A stretch of DNA of 64,000 bases from Candidatus Latescibacterota bacterium (GCA_965221775.1 CBDCSU010000006.1:2240001-2304000); one strand, 5' to 3'. Positions 45,880 to 56,019 are shown, counted from the first letter of the stretch. Notes: generated from the sequence alone by a model not told the origin. Translations and numbers: made by a program.

Positions 45880-46554
45880 TTGCTCACCCCCCTGGAGTGG
45901 GAGGTGCTGGGGCTGTCGCTGCGCGTGGCCCTGGCCTGCGTCCTCGTCAGCCTGCCCGCGGCGGTCGCCATGGGATGGCTGCTGGCGCGGCGCGACTTCC
46001 CCGGCAAGTTCGTCCTCGACGGACTGTGCCACCTGCCCCTGGTGCTGCCGCCCGTGGTCACCGGCTACCTGCTGCTGCGGCTGTTCGGCAAGCGGGGGCT
46101 CCTGGGGCCGCTGCTGGACGGCATCGGACTGTCCCTGGCCTTCGACTGGAAGGGGGCGGCCCTGGCCTCGGCGGTGGTCGCCTTTCCCCTGTCCCTGAGG
46201 GCGGTGCGGCTGGCCATCGAGGACGTGGACCCGCGCCTGGAGGCGATGGCGCGCACCCTCGGGGCGGGGCGGGTGCGGGCCTTCCTCACCGTCACCCTGC
46301 CGCTGGCCGCCTCCGGGCTCTGGGTGGGCGCCCTCCTCGCCTTCGCCCGCAGCCTCGGCGAGTTCGGGGCCACCATCACCTTCGTGGCCAACATCCCCGG
46401 CCAGACGCGCACGATCCCGCTGGCCATCTACACCAGCCTCAACCAGCCCGGCGGCGAGGACGCCGCCCTGCGCCTGGTGTGGATCTCGGTGGTCGTGTCG
46501 CTGGCGGCGCTGCTGGGCAGCGAGTGGGCGGCGCGCCGCAGGAAGCGCGGGTGA
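45880..46554 (+). CDS. modB: molybdate ABC transporter permease
   Basis: LPLVLPPVVTGY, ARTLGA, FARSLGEFGAT, NIPG.TRTIPLAIY. Confidence 0.93.
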   Translation: MLTPLEWEVLGLSLRVALACVLVSLPAAVAMGWLLARRDFPGKFVLDGLCHLPLVLPPVVTGYLLLRLFGKRGLLGPLLDGIGLSLAFDWKGAALASAVVAFPLSLRAVRLAIEDVDPRLEAMARTLGAGRVRAFLTVTLPLAASGLWVGALLAFARSLGEFGATITFVANIPGQTRTIPLAIYTSLNQPGGEDAALRLVWISVVVSLAALLGSEWAARRRKRG

Positions 46555-46558
46555 GGCC

Positions 46559-47638
46559 GTGCTGACCCTGCGTCTGCGCCGCCGCCTGGCGGACTTCGAG
46601 TTCGACGTCGACGTCCGCTGCGGGGCTGCCGCCACCGCCGTCTTCGGGCCCTCCGGAAGCGGCAAGACCTCGCTCCTCAACATGGTCGCCGGTCTGCTGC
46701 GGCCGGAGGCCGGCCGCGTCGAGCTGGACGGCGAGGTCCTCTACGATGCCGAGACCGGCATCGACCTGCCCCCGGAGGCGCGGCGGCTGGGCTGCGTCTT
46801 CCAGCAGGACCTGCTCTTCCCGCACCTGAGCGTGGGGGACAACCTGCGCTTCGGCTACGACCTGCTGCCGGCGGCGCAGCGGCGCTTCGAGCCCGGGAGG
46901 ATCGCCGAGCTGCTCGAGATCGGGCCGCTCCTCGACCGGCGGCCGCGGAACCTGTCGGGCGGCGAGCGCCAGCGCGTCGCCCTGGGGCGGGCGCTGCTGG
47001 CCTCGCCCCGGCTGCTGCTGATGGACGAGCCCCTGGCCTCGCTGGACCAGGGACTCAAGAGCCGCATCATCCCCTACCTGCGGCACGTGCGCTCCGACCT
47101 CGGCATCCCCGTCCTCTACGTCAGCCACTCGGCGGCCGAGATCCTGGAGCTGACGAACCAGGTGATCGTCCTCGAACGGGGGCGCGTCGCCGCCCACGGC
47201 GACTTCTTCCGCATCGCCTCCGACCCGAGGGTGCTGCCTCTTGTCGACGAGTTCGGGTTCGAGAACGTGCTGCCCGTGGAGATCGTGGCCAGCGATGCGG
47301 ACAGCGGCGCCTGCCGGGCGCGGTGCGCCGACCAGGAGCTGCGCATCCCCTGGTGCGACCGGCCGGTGGGCACGCGGCTCTTCGTCGGACTGCGGGCCGA
47401 CGACGTCATCCTCACGCGGTCGCCGCCCGAGGGGCTGAGCGTGCGCAACGCCCTGTCCGGGAAGGTCACGGAGATCGCCGAGGTCGGCGCCGTGCGGCTG
47501 GTCCACGTCGACGTGGGCCGGCGCCTGGCGGTGAAGGTCACCCCCGAGGCCGTGGGAGAGCTGGGCCTGGCGCCCGGGCTGCGCGTGTTCTGCCTCATCA
47601 AGACCCACTCCCTGAGGCTGGGTCCCGAGCTGGATTGA
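46559..47638 (+). CDS. modC: molybdate ABC transporter ATP-binding protein
   Basis: GPSGSGKT, LSGGERQR, LMDEP, VSH, C-terminal TOBE-like SVRNAL. Confidence 0.93.
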   Translation: MLTLRLRRRLADFEFDVDVRCGAAATAVFGPSGSGKTSLLNMVAGLLRPEAGRVELDGEVLYDAETGIDLPPEARRLGCVFQQDLLFPHLSVGDNLRFGYDLLPAAQRRFEPGRIAELLEIGPLLDRRPRNLSGGERQRVALGRALLASPRLLLMDEPLASLDQGLKSRIIPYLRHVRSDLGIPVLYVSHSAAEILELTNQVIVLERGRVAAHGDFFRIASDPRVLPLVDEFGFENVLPVEIVASDADSGACRARCADQELRIPWCDRPVGTRLFVGLRADDVILTRSPPEGLSVRNALSGKVTEIAEVGAVRLVHVDVGRRLAVKVTPEAVGELGLAPGLRVFCLIKTHSLRLGPELD

Positions 47639-47691
47639 GGCCTGCCTGGAGTGATTGCTCCCACCGGCGGAAACGGTTAGTGTAGCCCGCC

Positions 47692-48060
47692 ATGGCCCTG
47701 ACCATTCTGCGCACCGTGCGCCCGAGCCCCACCTGGCAGGACACCCTCATCTCCGTGCGCCAGGGGCAGCGCGTCGTCTTCGACGTGGAGGAGACCTGGT
47801 CGCCCGACATGCGCGACCAGATCGTCTGGTGCGGCGCCGACGGCGTCTACAACCACACCGCCGGCGAGGGCTACCTGATGCCCGGGGCCAACGTGGGCGC
47901 CCTGATCGCCCGCATCGGCGACGGCCCGGTCTTCGCCGTGGGCAGCCGCTGCGACACCCTGGCCGACTGCGAGGGCACCCTGTTCCTCGCCATGAACGAC
48001 CACCCCGGCCACAACTGCCAGGCCGGCAAGGTGGCCGCTCAGGTCATCCTCTTCGATTAG
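47692..48060 (+). CDS. small LecA/PA-IL-like beta-sandwich protein (putative lectin)
   Basis: WQDT..V..G, GALIARIGDGPVFAVG, GTLFLAMND. Confidence 0.55.
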   Translation: MALTILRTVRPSPTWQDTLISVRQGQRVVFDVEETWSPDMRDQIVWCGADGVYNHTAGEGYLMPGANVGALIARIGDGPVFAVGSRCDTLADCEGTLFLAMNDHPGHNCQAGKVAAQVILFD

Positions 48061-49094
48061 TGGCGGCCGGCGCGCCGCTCACCGACGCGCAGTGGACGGC
48101 GGCGGTCCACGACCGTCTGCGAGAGGTCGCGCCCGGACTGGTCCCCGGCCGTCCGGCCGTGGCCGCCATCCACCGGATCGCCGAAGACGTCTGGCGCCTG
48201 GACCTGTCGGACGGCGGGCGGGTGGTGGCCAAGCACCAGCTCCAGGGGCTGCTGACCCGCGGTGAGCCCCACGACCTGGTGCGTCTCGAGGTCGATGTCC
48301 TGCGCCACCTGCGTGGCCGAGGCTGCCCGGTGCCCGCCGCCTTCGGCGCCGACCCCGAGGCCCAGATCATCCTCCTCGAGTACGCCGGCCCCCGCACCCT
48401 CGCCGAGGTGCTGCCCGCGGAGGGGGATCCGGCCGACCGGCGCCGGTGGCTGAGGCGGATCTGGCGCGGCATCGGGTGCATCGAGAGCGGCCTGTCGGGC
48501 CGCGAGTGGGAGGGCCGCGCCGCCCCCGGGGCTTCTCGTGAGGAACTGGAGTGCTCCTGGGCGCGGGCGGGGGAGGAGGCCGTCACCGTCCTGCGCGACT
48601 TGCTGGCGCCCGGCGGCGGTTCGCCGTCGCCGGCGGAAGGAATCCTGCGGCGGCTGCACCGGCGCCTGGCGCGGTTTCCGGCCCGCCTCGGGCCGACCGA
48701 CTACCAGCCGGGCAACATCGTCGTCGACGCCGGCGGAGGGCGCCTGACCTTCCTCGAGTTGTCCAAGATCGGCTGGGACTGGACCCCTCGAAGAGCCGTT
48801 CAGTATACTTCGATCGCCGACGCCGAAGGGCCGGCGGAGACGTGCCTGCTCGACGCCGACAGCCTCGCGGGCAGCGGCCTCGACGAGGGGTCGCGGTCCT
48901 GCCTCGACGGGCACCACCTGATCTACCACCTGCTGCTGGCCGGGCGCTGGCGCCGGGACGGCGCCGCCCTTCCCCCTCCCTTGGCGCGCAAGCTGATCGA
49001 GCCCCTCAGCGCGGACCCTCTCACCGCCGAGTTGCGCCGCCGGCTCGGCGCCAACCACATCCTCTCCTTCCAGGATCGACCCCGTGAGCGATAG
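48060..49094 (+). CDS. phosphotransferase (APH/kinase-like fold) protein
   Basis: VVAK, VP, LLEYAG, TDYQPGN; start uncertain. Confidence 0.65.
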   Translation: MAAGAPLTDAQWTAAVHDRLREVAPGLVPGRPAVAAIHRIAEDVWRLDLSDGGRVVAKHQLQGLLTRGEPHDLVRLEVDVLRHLRGRGCPVPAAFGADPEAQIILLEYAGPRTLAEVLPAEGDPADRRRWLRRIWRGIGCIESGLSGREWEGRAAPGASREELECSWARAGEEAVTVLRDLLAPGGGSPSPAEGILRRLHRRLARFPARLGPTDYQPGNIVVDAGGGRLTFLELSKIGWDWTPRRAVQYTSIADAEGPAETCLLDADSLAGSGLDEGSRSCLDGHHLIYHLLLAGRWRRDGAALPPPLARKLIEPLSADPLTAELRRRLGANHILSFQDRPRER

Positions 49095-49356
49095 CCAATC
49101 CTTCGACTTCAAACCCCGGGCGCGGGGGCTGGTCATCGGCGACATCCCGTGGCTGGCGCGCATCACCGACAAGGCGCGGGCCACCGACCAGGGCCGCATC
49201 GGCGCCTACATCTACCCCTGCCCGGCGGACCAGCGTTTCCTGCAGAAGGTGCAGATGTCGGCCGAGGAGTTCACCCGGCTGGTGGCCGAGTGCGAGGACG
49301 ACGACGGCGTCATCGCCAGGATGAAGGCCCACCAGAAAGAGAAGGGACTGGATTGA
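49084..49356 (+). CDS. DUF5069 domain protein
   Basis: PR....G..WLARITDKARA...G.IG.YIYPCPAD..FL. Confidence 0.75.
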   Translation: MSDSQSFDFKPRARGLVIGDIPWLARITDKARATDQGRIGAYIYPCPADQRFLQKVQMSAEEFTRLVAECEDDDGVIARMKAHQKEKGLD

Positions 49357-50231
49357 GCGGCTCGGCCCCGCGCAGGCCGCGCCGCAAGGTGCGGGAGATG
49401 GAGGCCGTCGTCGCCGAGGTCCGGCAGGAGACCCACGACACGGCGAGCCTGTTCCTCGACATCGGCGACGAGCCGCGCGACTACGAGGCCGGGCAGTTCA
49501 TCACCATCGACCCCCACCAGTTCGGGTTCCTCCAGCAGACGATCGCCTACCTGGAGGAGATCAAGAGCGCCAGGGAGAAGCCGAGGGCCTACTCCATGGG
49601 CTCGGCCCCCCACGAGGAGCACCTCCTGATCACGATCAAGGAGGAGACCTACTGGCCGGGGGAGTCGAAGTACCCTCCCGTGCTGTCCCCGCCGCTGGCC
49701 CGGCAATGTCCCCCGGGCACCAGGCTGGAGATCCGCGGCTTCACCGGGCCGTACACCCTCTCGGCGGCCGCCGAGGGCACCCGCCGGATCCTCCATATCT
49801 GCGCCGGCTCCGGGATCGTCCCCAACTTCGCCCTCATCAAGCACTCCCTGCACGCCGGCGACGGTCTGCGCCACGTCCTGCTCTACAGCAGCAAGACGAA
49901 GGGAGACATCATCTACTACGACGACTTCGCCCGTCTCGCCGAGCGGCATCCCGAGCACCTCGAGATCCTCCACTGCATCACCCGGGAGGACCCGGCGGGC
50001 GTGGAGCCGCGGGCGCGGCGGGGGCGGATCGACCTCGAGCTGATCGAGAGCTGCATCGATCCGGAGGAGTCGATGGTCTACTGCTGCGGGCCCGGGGTGC
50101 TGCCCTGGGAGCGGAAGGAGGCCCGCGAACGCGGCGAGGAGCCGGAGCCGAAGTTCGTCGAGCACATGATGGCCATCCTGGCCGAGGTCGGGATCGACGA
50201 CAAGCGGATCAAGCGCGAGAGCTGGGGATAG
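49353..50231 (+). CDS. FAD/NAD(P)-binding oxidoreductase (FNR-type)
   Basis: YEAGQF, RAYS, GFTG, AGSGIVP, YCCGP, C-terminal ESW. Confidence 0.85.
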   Translation: MSGSAPRRPRRKVREMEAVVAEVRQETHDTASLFLDIGDEPRDYEAGQFITIDPHQFGFLQQTIAYLEEIKSAREKPRAYSMGSAPHEEHLLITIKEETYWPGESKYPPVLSPPLARQCPPGTRLEIRGFTGPYTLSAAAEGTRRILHICAGSGIVPNFALIKHSLHAGDGLRHVLLYSSKTKGDIIYYDDFARLAERHPEHLEILHCITREDPAGVEPRARRGRIDLELIESCIDPEESMVYCCGPGVLPWERKEARERGEEPEPKFVEHMMAILAEVGIDDKRIKRESWG

Positions 50232-50293
50232 GGACTGGCGCGCAGGTTCGCGTACGACGGGCGCGCCGAGCCGGGGTGCATCGGCGAACGAAT

Positions 50294-51307
50294 TCACGCG
50301 AGACCACGCGAGCAGGCCCCAGGCGGTCCCGGGGCCTGGAACCGTTCGCCGGCGGGCCTCAGCTCCTCCGGCGGCCGGCAATAGAGGCTGATCCGCGAAA
50401 GCTCGACGGGGTGGCCGCAGCTGACCTGCATGGCGTGCAGGTGGTAGCCCATGTCTCCGGGCCGCGGCGGCTCCTGCCCGGCCGCCGGCGGTCGGGGCCG
50501 GCCTCCCGCGACGTAGAGCGGTTCCCCCACCAGCGGAAACCCCGCCGCCGCCAGATGAATGCGGATCTGGTGCGGCCGTCCGGTGGGGATCTCCACCTCC
50601 ACCAGAGTGGCGCCGTCGGCGGGGCGGCGCTCGACCACCCGGACGTGGGAGACGGCCGGCCGCCCGTCGGGGTTGGCGGCGAAGACCTGGCCGGGATGGG
50701 AATGGGCCACGGGTCCGATGGGTGTCTCCACCGAGAACCGGTCCTCCATGCCGAGGCCCTGCACGAGGGCGCGGTAGAGCTTGTGGACGCGGCGGTTCTC
50801 GAAGGCGGCCGCCAGTCCCCGGCGCGCCTCCGCCGAGCGCGCGAAGAGCACGATCCCCGAGGTGCCGCGGCCCAGCCGGTGGGCCGGCGCCGGATGTCCT
50901 CCCAGCCGTTCCCGAACCGCGTGCAGAAGGGTGTTCTCCAGGAACTCGGCCGCCGGCAGGACCTGCAGCCCCGGCGGCTTGGCCACGGCGAGCAGGTCGC
51001 CGTCGTCCCGGATCACGTCGAAGCTGCGGGGCGCGGGGGGCTCGGTCCAGGGGGGGCGGTGGTACTCCAGCCGCTGGCCGGAGCGCAGCCGCGCCTCGGG
51101 ACCGATCCGTCCATCAGGGCCGCGGATCCGGCCCTCCTCCAGCCGCCGGCGCCACTGCGCCTCGGAGGAGTGCGGGTAGCGGCGCACGTAGAAGTCGAGC
51201 GCTTTCCAGCCGGCCGCCTCCGCGTCCACGGCGTCCGGGTAGACCCATCCGCGGTTGCGGCGGCGGCTCCATCCCGGCCTGTCGGCGGTTGACTCCAGGG
51301 AGTTCAA
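50294..51307 (-). CDS. RluA-family pseudouridine synthase-like protein (catalytic Asp replaced by Gly)
   Basis: KPPGL, HRLGRGTSG, K.YRALV, TGRPHQIRIHL, P.VGEPLY, LHA. Confidence 0.85.
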   Translation of the reverse strand: MNSLESTADRPGWSRRRNRGWVYPDAVDAEAAGWKALDFYVRRYPHSSEAQWRRRLEEGRIRGPDGRIGPEARLRSGQRLEYHRPPWTEPPAPRSFDVIRDDGDLLAVAKPPGLQVLPAAEFLENTLLHAVRERLGGHPAPAHRLGRGTSGIVLFARSAEARRGLAAAFENRRVHKLYRALVQGLGMEDRFSVETPIGPVAHSHPGQVFAANPDGRPAVSHVRVVERRPADGATLVEVEIPTGRPHQIRIHLAAAGFPLVGEPLYVAGGRPRPPAAGQEPPRPGDMGYHLHAMQVSCGHPVELSRISLYCRPPEELRPAGERFQAPGPPGACSRGLA

Positions 51308-51310
51308 GAG

Positions 51311-51347
51311 TTAGTATTTATTGGTTATTTTGGAATAATTATTGATT
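51311..51347 (+). promoter_or_regulatory. AT-rich ARG-box-like operator upstream of argC
   Basis: GGAATAATTATTGA (51332-51345) compared with the ArgR core TGAAT-W4-ATTCA; strikingly AT-rich patch for this window. Confidence 0.55.
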
Positions 51348-51360
51348 CGCGGAGCGCCCC

Positions 51361-52335
51361 GTGAGCCGCCCCACGATCTTCATCGACGGCCAGGAAGGTA
51401 CGACGGGCCTGCGCATCCGCGAGCTGCTGGCAGGACGCGCCGATCTCGACCTGCGCCTGATCCGCGACGAGGACCGCAAGGATCTGGGAGCGCGGCACCG
51501 CCTCCTGAACGAGGCCGACGTCGCCATCCTGTGCCTGCCGGACGCCGCCGCCGCCGAGGCCCTGGAGCTGCTGACTCCCGGCTCGGGCACCCGCGTCATC
51601 GACACCAGCACCGTCCGGCGCGTCGACCCCGGCTGGGTCTACGGCCTCCCGGAGCTGTCCCCGGGGCAGCGCCAGGCGATCCGCTCGGCGCCCCGGGTGG
51701 CCAACTGCGGATGCTACCCCGTGGGCTTCATCCTCGCGGTGCGTCCGCTGATCGAGGCCGGTCTCCTCGACGCCGCCACGCCCCTCACCGTCAACGCCGT
51801 CTCCGGCTACTCCGGCGGCGGCCGGCGCATGATCGAGGAGTACCGGGACCGCCCCGGCGCCGACGGCGAGGCGGGTTTCCCCATGTGCCTGTACGGCCTC
51901 GAGGGCGATCACAAGCACCTGGCGGAGATGCAGCGCTTCAGCCTCAGCGAGCACCCTCCCCTGTTCGTTCCCTCCGTGGACCACGCCTTCTGCGGCATGC
52001 TCACCAGCACCCCCGTTCCCGCCGCGGCCTGGCGCCGGACGGGTACGACGGCGGCCGAGGTCTTCGAGGTGTGGGCGGAACGCTATGCCGGGGAGCCCTT
52101 CGTCCAGCCCGTCGATCCCGCCGAGGCGCCGGACCATCTGCGCGGCGGCAGGTTTCTCGATCTCGGAGGCGCCAATCTCACGAACCGCCTCGACCTCTTC
52201 GTCTTCGGCCGTCCGGAAATCGGACTCGTGCTGGTGGGGAGGGAGGACAACCTCGGCAAGGGGGCCTCGGGCAACGCCGTGCAGTGTCTGAACCTGATGC
52301 TGGGCGTGGACGAGACCACCGGGCTGACGGCCTGA
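51361..52335 (+). CDS. argC: N-acetyl-gamma-glutamyl-phosphate reductase (type 2)
   Basis: IFIDGQEGTTGL, LCLPD, WVYGLPEL, GCYP, SGYSGGG, HKH..EM, DNLGKGASG.AVQ. Confidence 0.94.
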   Translation: MSRPTIFIDGQEGTTGLRIRELLAGRADLDLRLIRDEDRKDLGARHRLLNEADVAILCLPDAAAAEALELLTPGSGTRVIDTSTVRRVDPGWVYGLPELSPGQRQAIRSAPRVANCGCYPVGFILAVRPLIEAGLLDAATPLTVNAVSGYSGGGRRMIEEYRDRPGADGEAGFPMCLYGLEGDHKHLAEMQRFSLSEHPPLFVPSVDHAFCGMLTSTPVPAAAWRRTGTTAAEVFEVWAERYAGEPFVQPVDPAEAPDHLRGGRFLDLGGANLTNRLDLFVFGRPEIGLVLVGREDNLGKGASGNAVQCLNLMLGVDETTGLTA

Positions 52336-52338
52336 CCC

Positions 52339-53100
52339 GTGGCCCTGTCTCTCACCGACAGCCACTGCCACCTCGATCAGTTCGACCCCCCGGAGTCCGC
52401 CCTCGAGGAAGCGGCGGAGGCCGGCGTCGATCGCCTCGTCGCCGTCGCCCAGGACGCGGCCTCCATGGAGGCCGTCCTCGACCTGGCCGGCCGCTTCCCC
52501 GGCCGCGTCATCCCGGGCCTGGGGGTCCATCCGGTGGAGGTGACCCGGCGCGGGCTGGCGGGGGTCGAGCCCGACCTGGAGCTGCTCGCAGCCCGCCTGG
52601 CGGAAGCCGCCGTCGTCGGCGAGACGGGTCTGGACCACAAGTGGGCGGTCACCCCCGATCAGCAGGCCGAGCAGACCCGGGCCCTGGAGCGCCACTTCGA
52701 GCTGGCCCACCGCCACCGCAAGCCGGTGAACCTGCATTCGCGGCGCTGTCCTCGGCAGGTGATGGAGGCCGCCGCCGCCTTCCACCGGGACACGGGTCTG
52801 AACGCCCAGCTGCACTGGTTCACCCACTCGAAGAAGCTCGTGCGCATCTGCAACGACGAAGGGCTCTTCATCTCGGTGGGACCCTCCGTGATCTCGGACC
52901 CGGCCGCCGCCGGGGTGGCCCGTGAGATCGACGACAACCTGATTCTGCTCGAGACCGACGCCCCGGTGCCGGTGGGAGGAGCGGCCGGTCACCCGCGCAG
53001 GGCGCGGGAGGTGGCCGAGGAACTTGCCCGCCTCAAGGGCGTCGACATCGAGGAACTCGCCGTCCGCCTGGAGCGCAACCGGGTCCGCTATCTCGGTTGA
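52339..53100 (+). CDS. tatD: TatD family hydrolase
   Basis: DSHCHL, GVHP, GETGLD, LHSR, LHWF, ETDAP. Confidence 0.88.
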   Translation: MALSLTDSHCHLDQFDPPESALEEAAEAGVDRLVAVAQDAASMEAVLDLAGRFPGRVIPGLGVHPVEVTRRGLAGVEPDLELLAARLAEAAVVGETGLDHKWAVTPDQQAEQTRALERHFELAHRHRKPVNLHSRRCPRQVMEAAAAFHRDTGLNAQLHWFTHSKKLVRICNDEGLFISVGPSVISDPAAAGVAREIDDNLILLETDAPVPVGGAAGHPRRAREVAEELARLKGVDIEELAVRLERNRVRYLG

Positions 53101-53124
53101 CATCGGCCTTCCGGGGAACCTCTC

Positions 53125-54498
53125 GTGAGACGAATCTGCACCATGGGCAGCGGCTACGTCGGCCTGGTGACGAGCGCCTGCCTAGCCGATCTCGGCAACG
53201 CCGTCGTCTGCGTCGACATCGACGACAGCCGGGTCGAGCGGCTGCGCGATGGCCACCTGCCGATCTACGAGCCGGGCCTCGAGGAGCTCGTGGGCCGCAA
53301 CCGGGAACGCGGAAGGCTCACTTTCTCCGCCGACGTCGCCTTTGCCGTCAAGTCGTCCGAGATCGTCTTCATCTGCGTCGGCACGCCCTCCCTGGCGACG
53401 GGGGAGGTGGACATGTCGTGCGTCCATGAGGCGGCGCGTTCCATCGGGCGCTACGCGGAGGACTACAAGATCGTCGTCAACAAGTCCACGGTCCCCGTGG
53501 GCACCGGCGGCGAGGTGGGGTCGATCATCGCCGCGGAGCGGCCGGAGGCCGACGTGGACGTCGTCTCCAACCCCGAGTTCCTGCGCGAGGGGTCGGCCAT
53601 CGACGACTTCCTGCATCCTGACCGGGTCGTCATCGGCGCATCCAGCCGGCGCGCCAGGGACGCCGTCATCGACCTCTACCGGCCCCTCTACGAGCGCGAC
53701 GTGCCCATGGTCCTCACCGACCTGCAGAGCGCGGAGATGATCAAGTACGCCTCCAACGCGATGCTGGCGGCGAAGATCTCCTTCATCAACGAGATCGCCC
53801 GCCTGTGCGAGGCCTGCGATGCGGACGTGACCGCCGTGGCCCGGGGCATGGGCCTCGACGACCGCATCGGTCCCCGCAATCTCGGCGCCGGCGCCGGCTA
53901 CGGAGGCAGCTGCTTCCCGAAGGACGTGCAGGGCCTGGCGGCGACGGCGCGCGAGAAGGGGGTGGACGCCCCGGTGCTGCAGGCCATCGACGGCAGCAAC
54001 GCCATGCAGCGCCGGCGCATGGTCGGCAAGCTGCGCGGTCTGCTGGGCGGCTTCGAGGGCCGCACGGTCTGCCTGCTGGGACTCTCCTTCAAGCCCGACA
54101 CCGACGACATCCGCGAGGCGCCGGCCCTCGAGATGGCCGAGACCTTGCTGCGCGAGGGCGCCGCGGTGCGGGCCTACGACCCGGCCGCCATGGACCGCGC
54201 CACGGCGATGCTCCCGGCCCTGGGCTGTTGCGGCGATCCCTACGGCGCCGCGGAGGGGGCCGATGCCCTGGTGCTGATGACGGAGTGGAACGAGTTCCGC
54301 AACCTCGACTGGCCGCGCATCCGGGCGGTTCTCGCGGCGCCGAGGCTGCTGGACTGCCGCAACCTCTACGACCCGCGGGAGATGGCCGGGCTCGGCTTCG
54401 AATACGTCAGCGTCGGCCGTCCGGATCCCGGTCCCGGCGAGGACGCGCCCGACGCGAGGGGGCGGGTCCAGCCGGGGCGCCTGGCCCCGGTGGGCTGA
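53125..54498 (+). CDS. ugd: UDP-glucose 6-dehydrogenase
   Basis: GSGYVG, KSTVPVGT, SNPEFLREG, GYGGSCFPKD, FKPDTDD.RE. Confidence 0.92.
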   Translation: MRRICTMGSGYVGLVTSACLADLGNAVVCVDIDDSRVERLRDGHLPIYEPGLEELVGRNRERGRLTFSADVAFAVKSSEIVFICVGTPSLATGEVDMSCVHEAARSIGRYAEDYKIVVNKSTVPVGTGGEVGSIIAAERPEADVDVVSNPEFLREGSAIDDFLHPDRVVIGASSRRARDAVIDLYRPLYERDVPMVLTDLQSAEMIKYASNAMLAAKISFINEIARLCEACDADVTAVARGMGLDDRIGPRNLGAGAGYGGSCFPKDVQGLAATAREKGVDAPVLQAIDGSNAMQRRRMVGKLRGLLGGFEGRTVCLLGLSFKPDTDDIREAPALEMAETLLREGAAVRAYDPAAMDRATAMLPALGCCGDPYGAAEGADALVLMTEWNEFRNLDWPRIRAVLAAPRLLDCRNLYDPREMAGLGFEYVSVGRPDPGPGEDAPDARGRVQPGRLAPVG

Positions 54499-54500
54499 AG

Positions 54501-55514
54501 ATGGGCAGATCCCTGCTGATCACGGGCGGCTGCGGCTTCATCGGGGCCAACTTCGTGCGCCGCGTGCTGCGCGAGCACGCCGACTACGAGGTCGTCAACC
54601 TCGACAAGCTGACCTACGCCGGGAACCCGGCCAACCTGAGCGACATCGAGGCGGACCCGCGCTACCGGTTCGTCCACGGCGATATCTGCGACGCCGGCGT
54701 GGTGGACCCCTTGGTGGCGGAGGCCGACTGGGTCGTCAACTTCGCCGCCGAGAGTCACGTGGACCGCAGCATCCTGGGCAGCGCCGACTTCCTGAGCACC
54801 AACGTCCACGGAACCTACGTGCTCCTCGACGCGGCGCGCCGCCACGGCGTCGAGCGCTATCACCAGGTCAGCACCGACGAGGTCTATGGCAGTATCGACG
54901 AGGGCGCCTGGGACGAGGCCGAGCCCCTGGAGCCGCGGAACCCGTACTCGGCGACCAAGGCCAGCGCCGACCTGCTGGTCCGCGCCTTCAACGTCAGTCA
55001 CGGCGTGCCCACCCTGATCACCCGGGCTTCCAACACCATCGGCCCCTACCAGTATCCCGAGAAACGGGTGCCGCTCTTCATCACCAACGCCATGGACAAC
55101 CTGCCCCTGCCGGTCTACGGCAACGGGCTCCAGGTGCGCGATCATCTCTACGTGGACGATCACTGCGCGGCCATCGAACGGGTGCTCCATCACGGCGAGC
55201 CCGGACAGGTGTACAACGTGGGCGGGGAGAACGAGGCCACCGGCATCGAGGTGGCGCAGGCGATCCTCAGGCGGCTGGGCAAGTCGGAGGGGCTGTTGCA
55301 GTTCGTCGAGGACCGCGCCGGCCACGACCTGCGCTATGCCCTCGACTCGAGCCGGATCCGTCGCCTGGGATGGTCCCCGGCGGTCAGCGTCGAGGAGGCC
55401 ATGGACCGCACCGTGCAGTGGTACGTCGATCACGAGTCCTGGTGGCGGGAGATCCGCAACCGGGATGACTACAGGGCCTACTACCTGCGCCAGTACGGGG
55501 GGCGGCTCAATTGA
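54501..55514 (+). CDS. rfbB: dTDP-glucose 4,6-dehydratase
   Basis: [43 protein letters not shown]. Confidence 0.93.
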   Translation: MGRSLLITGGCGFIGANFVRRVLREHADYEVVNLDKLTYAGNPANLSDIEADPRYRFVHGDICDAGVVDPLVAEADWVVNFAAESHVDRSILGSADFLSTNVHGTYVLLDAARRHGVERYHQVSTDEVYGSIDEGAWDEAEPLEPRNPYSATKASADLLVRAFNVSHGVPTLITRASNTIGPYQYPEKRVPLFITNAMDNLPLPVYGNGLQVRDHLYVDDHCAAIERVLHHGEPGQVYNVGGENEATGIEVAQAILRRLGKSEGLLQFVEDRAGHDLRYALDSSRIRRLGWSPAVSVEEAMDRTVQWYVDHESWWREIRNRDDYRAYYLRQYGGRLN

Positions 55515-55572
55515 CCACCGGCGCCGGTGGCGGCGGCCCGCATCCGGCCCGCACGGGCCGCGGGGGATCTTC

Positions 55573-56019
55573 ATGAGCGGCGACCTGCGGATCCGCGTGA
55601 TCGTCGACTCCGGCCACGGCCCGCCCCGGTACGAGACCCCCCACAGCGCCGGCATGGACCTGCGCGCCCACCTGCGGGAGGGGATCGACCTCGCCCCCGG
55701 AGAGCGGGTCCTGGTGCCGACCGGCCTGCGGCTGCAGATACCGCCCGGGTACGAGGGCCAGGTGCGCCCCCGCAGCGGCCTGGCGCTGAAGCGCGGCCTC
55801 ACCGTCCTCAACGCGCCGGGCACGATCGACGCGGACTACCGCGGGGAGGTGGGGGTGATCCTCGTCAACCTGTCGGCGGAGCCGCAGCGGATCGAGCCGG
55901 GAGAGCGGGTCGCCCAGCTGGTGATCGCGCCGGTGACGCGCGCCTCCTGGGAGGAGGTGGACGAGCTGGACGAGTCGGAACGGGGCGGCGGCGGCTTCGG
56001 GTCGACGGGCGGAGGTTAG
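55573..56019 (+). CDS. dut: dUTP diphosphatase
   Basis: [37 protein letters not shown]. Confidence 0.95.
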   Translation: MSGDLRIRVIVDSGHGPPRYETPHSAGMDLRAHLREGIDLAPGERVLVPTGLRLQIPPGYEGQVRPRSGLALKRGLTVLNAPGTIDADYRGEVGVILVNLSAEPQRIEPGERVAQLVIAPVTRASWEEVDELDESERGGGGFGSTGGG

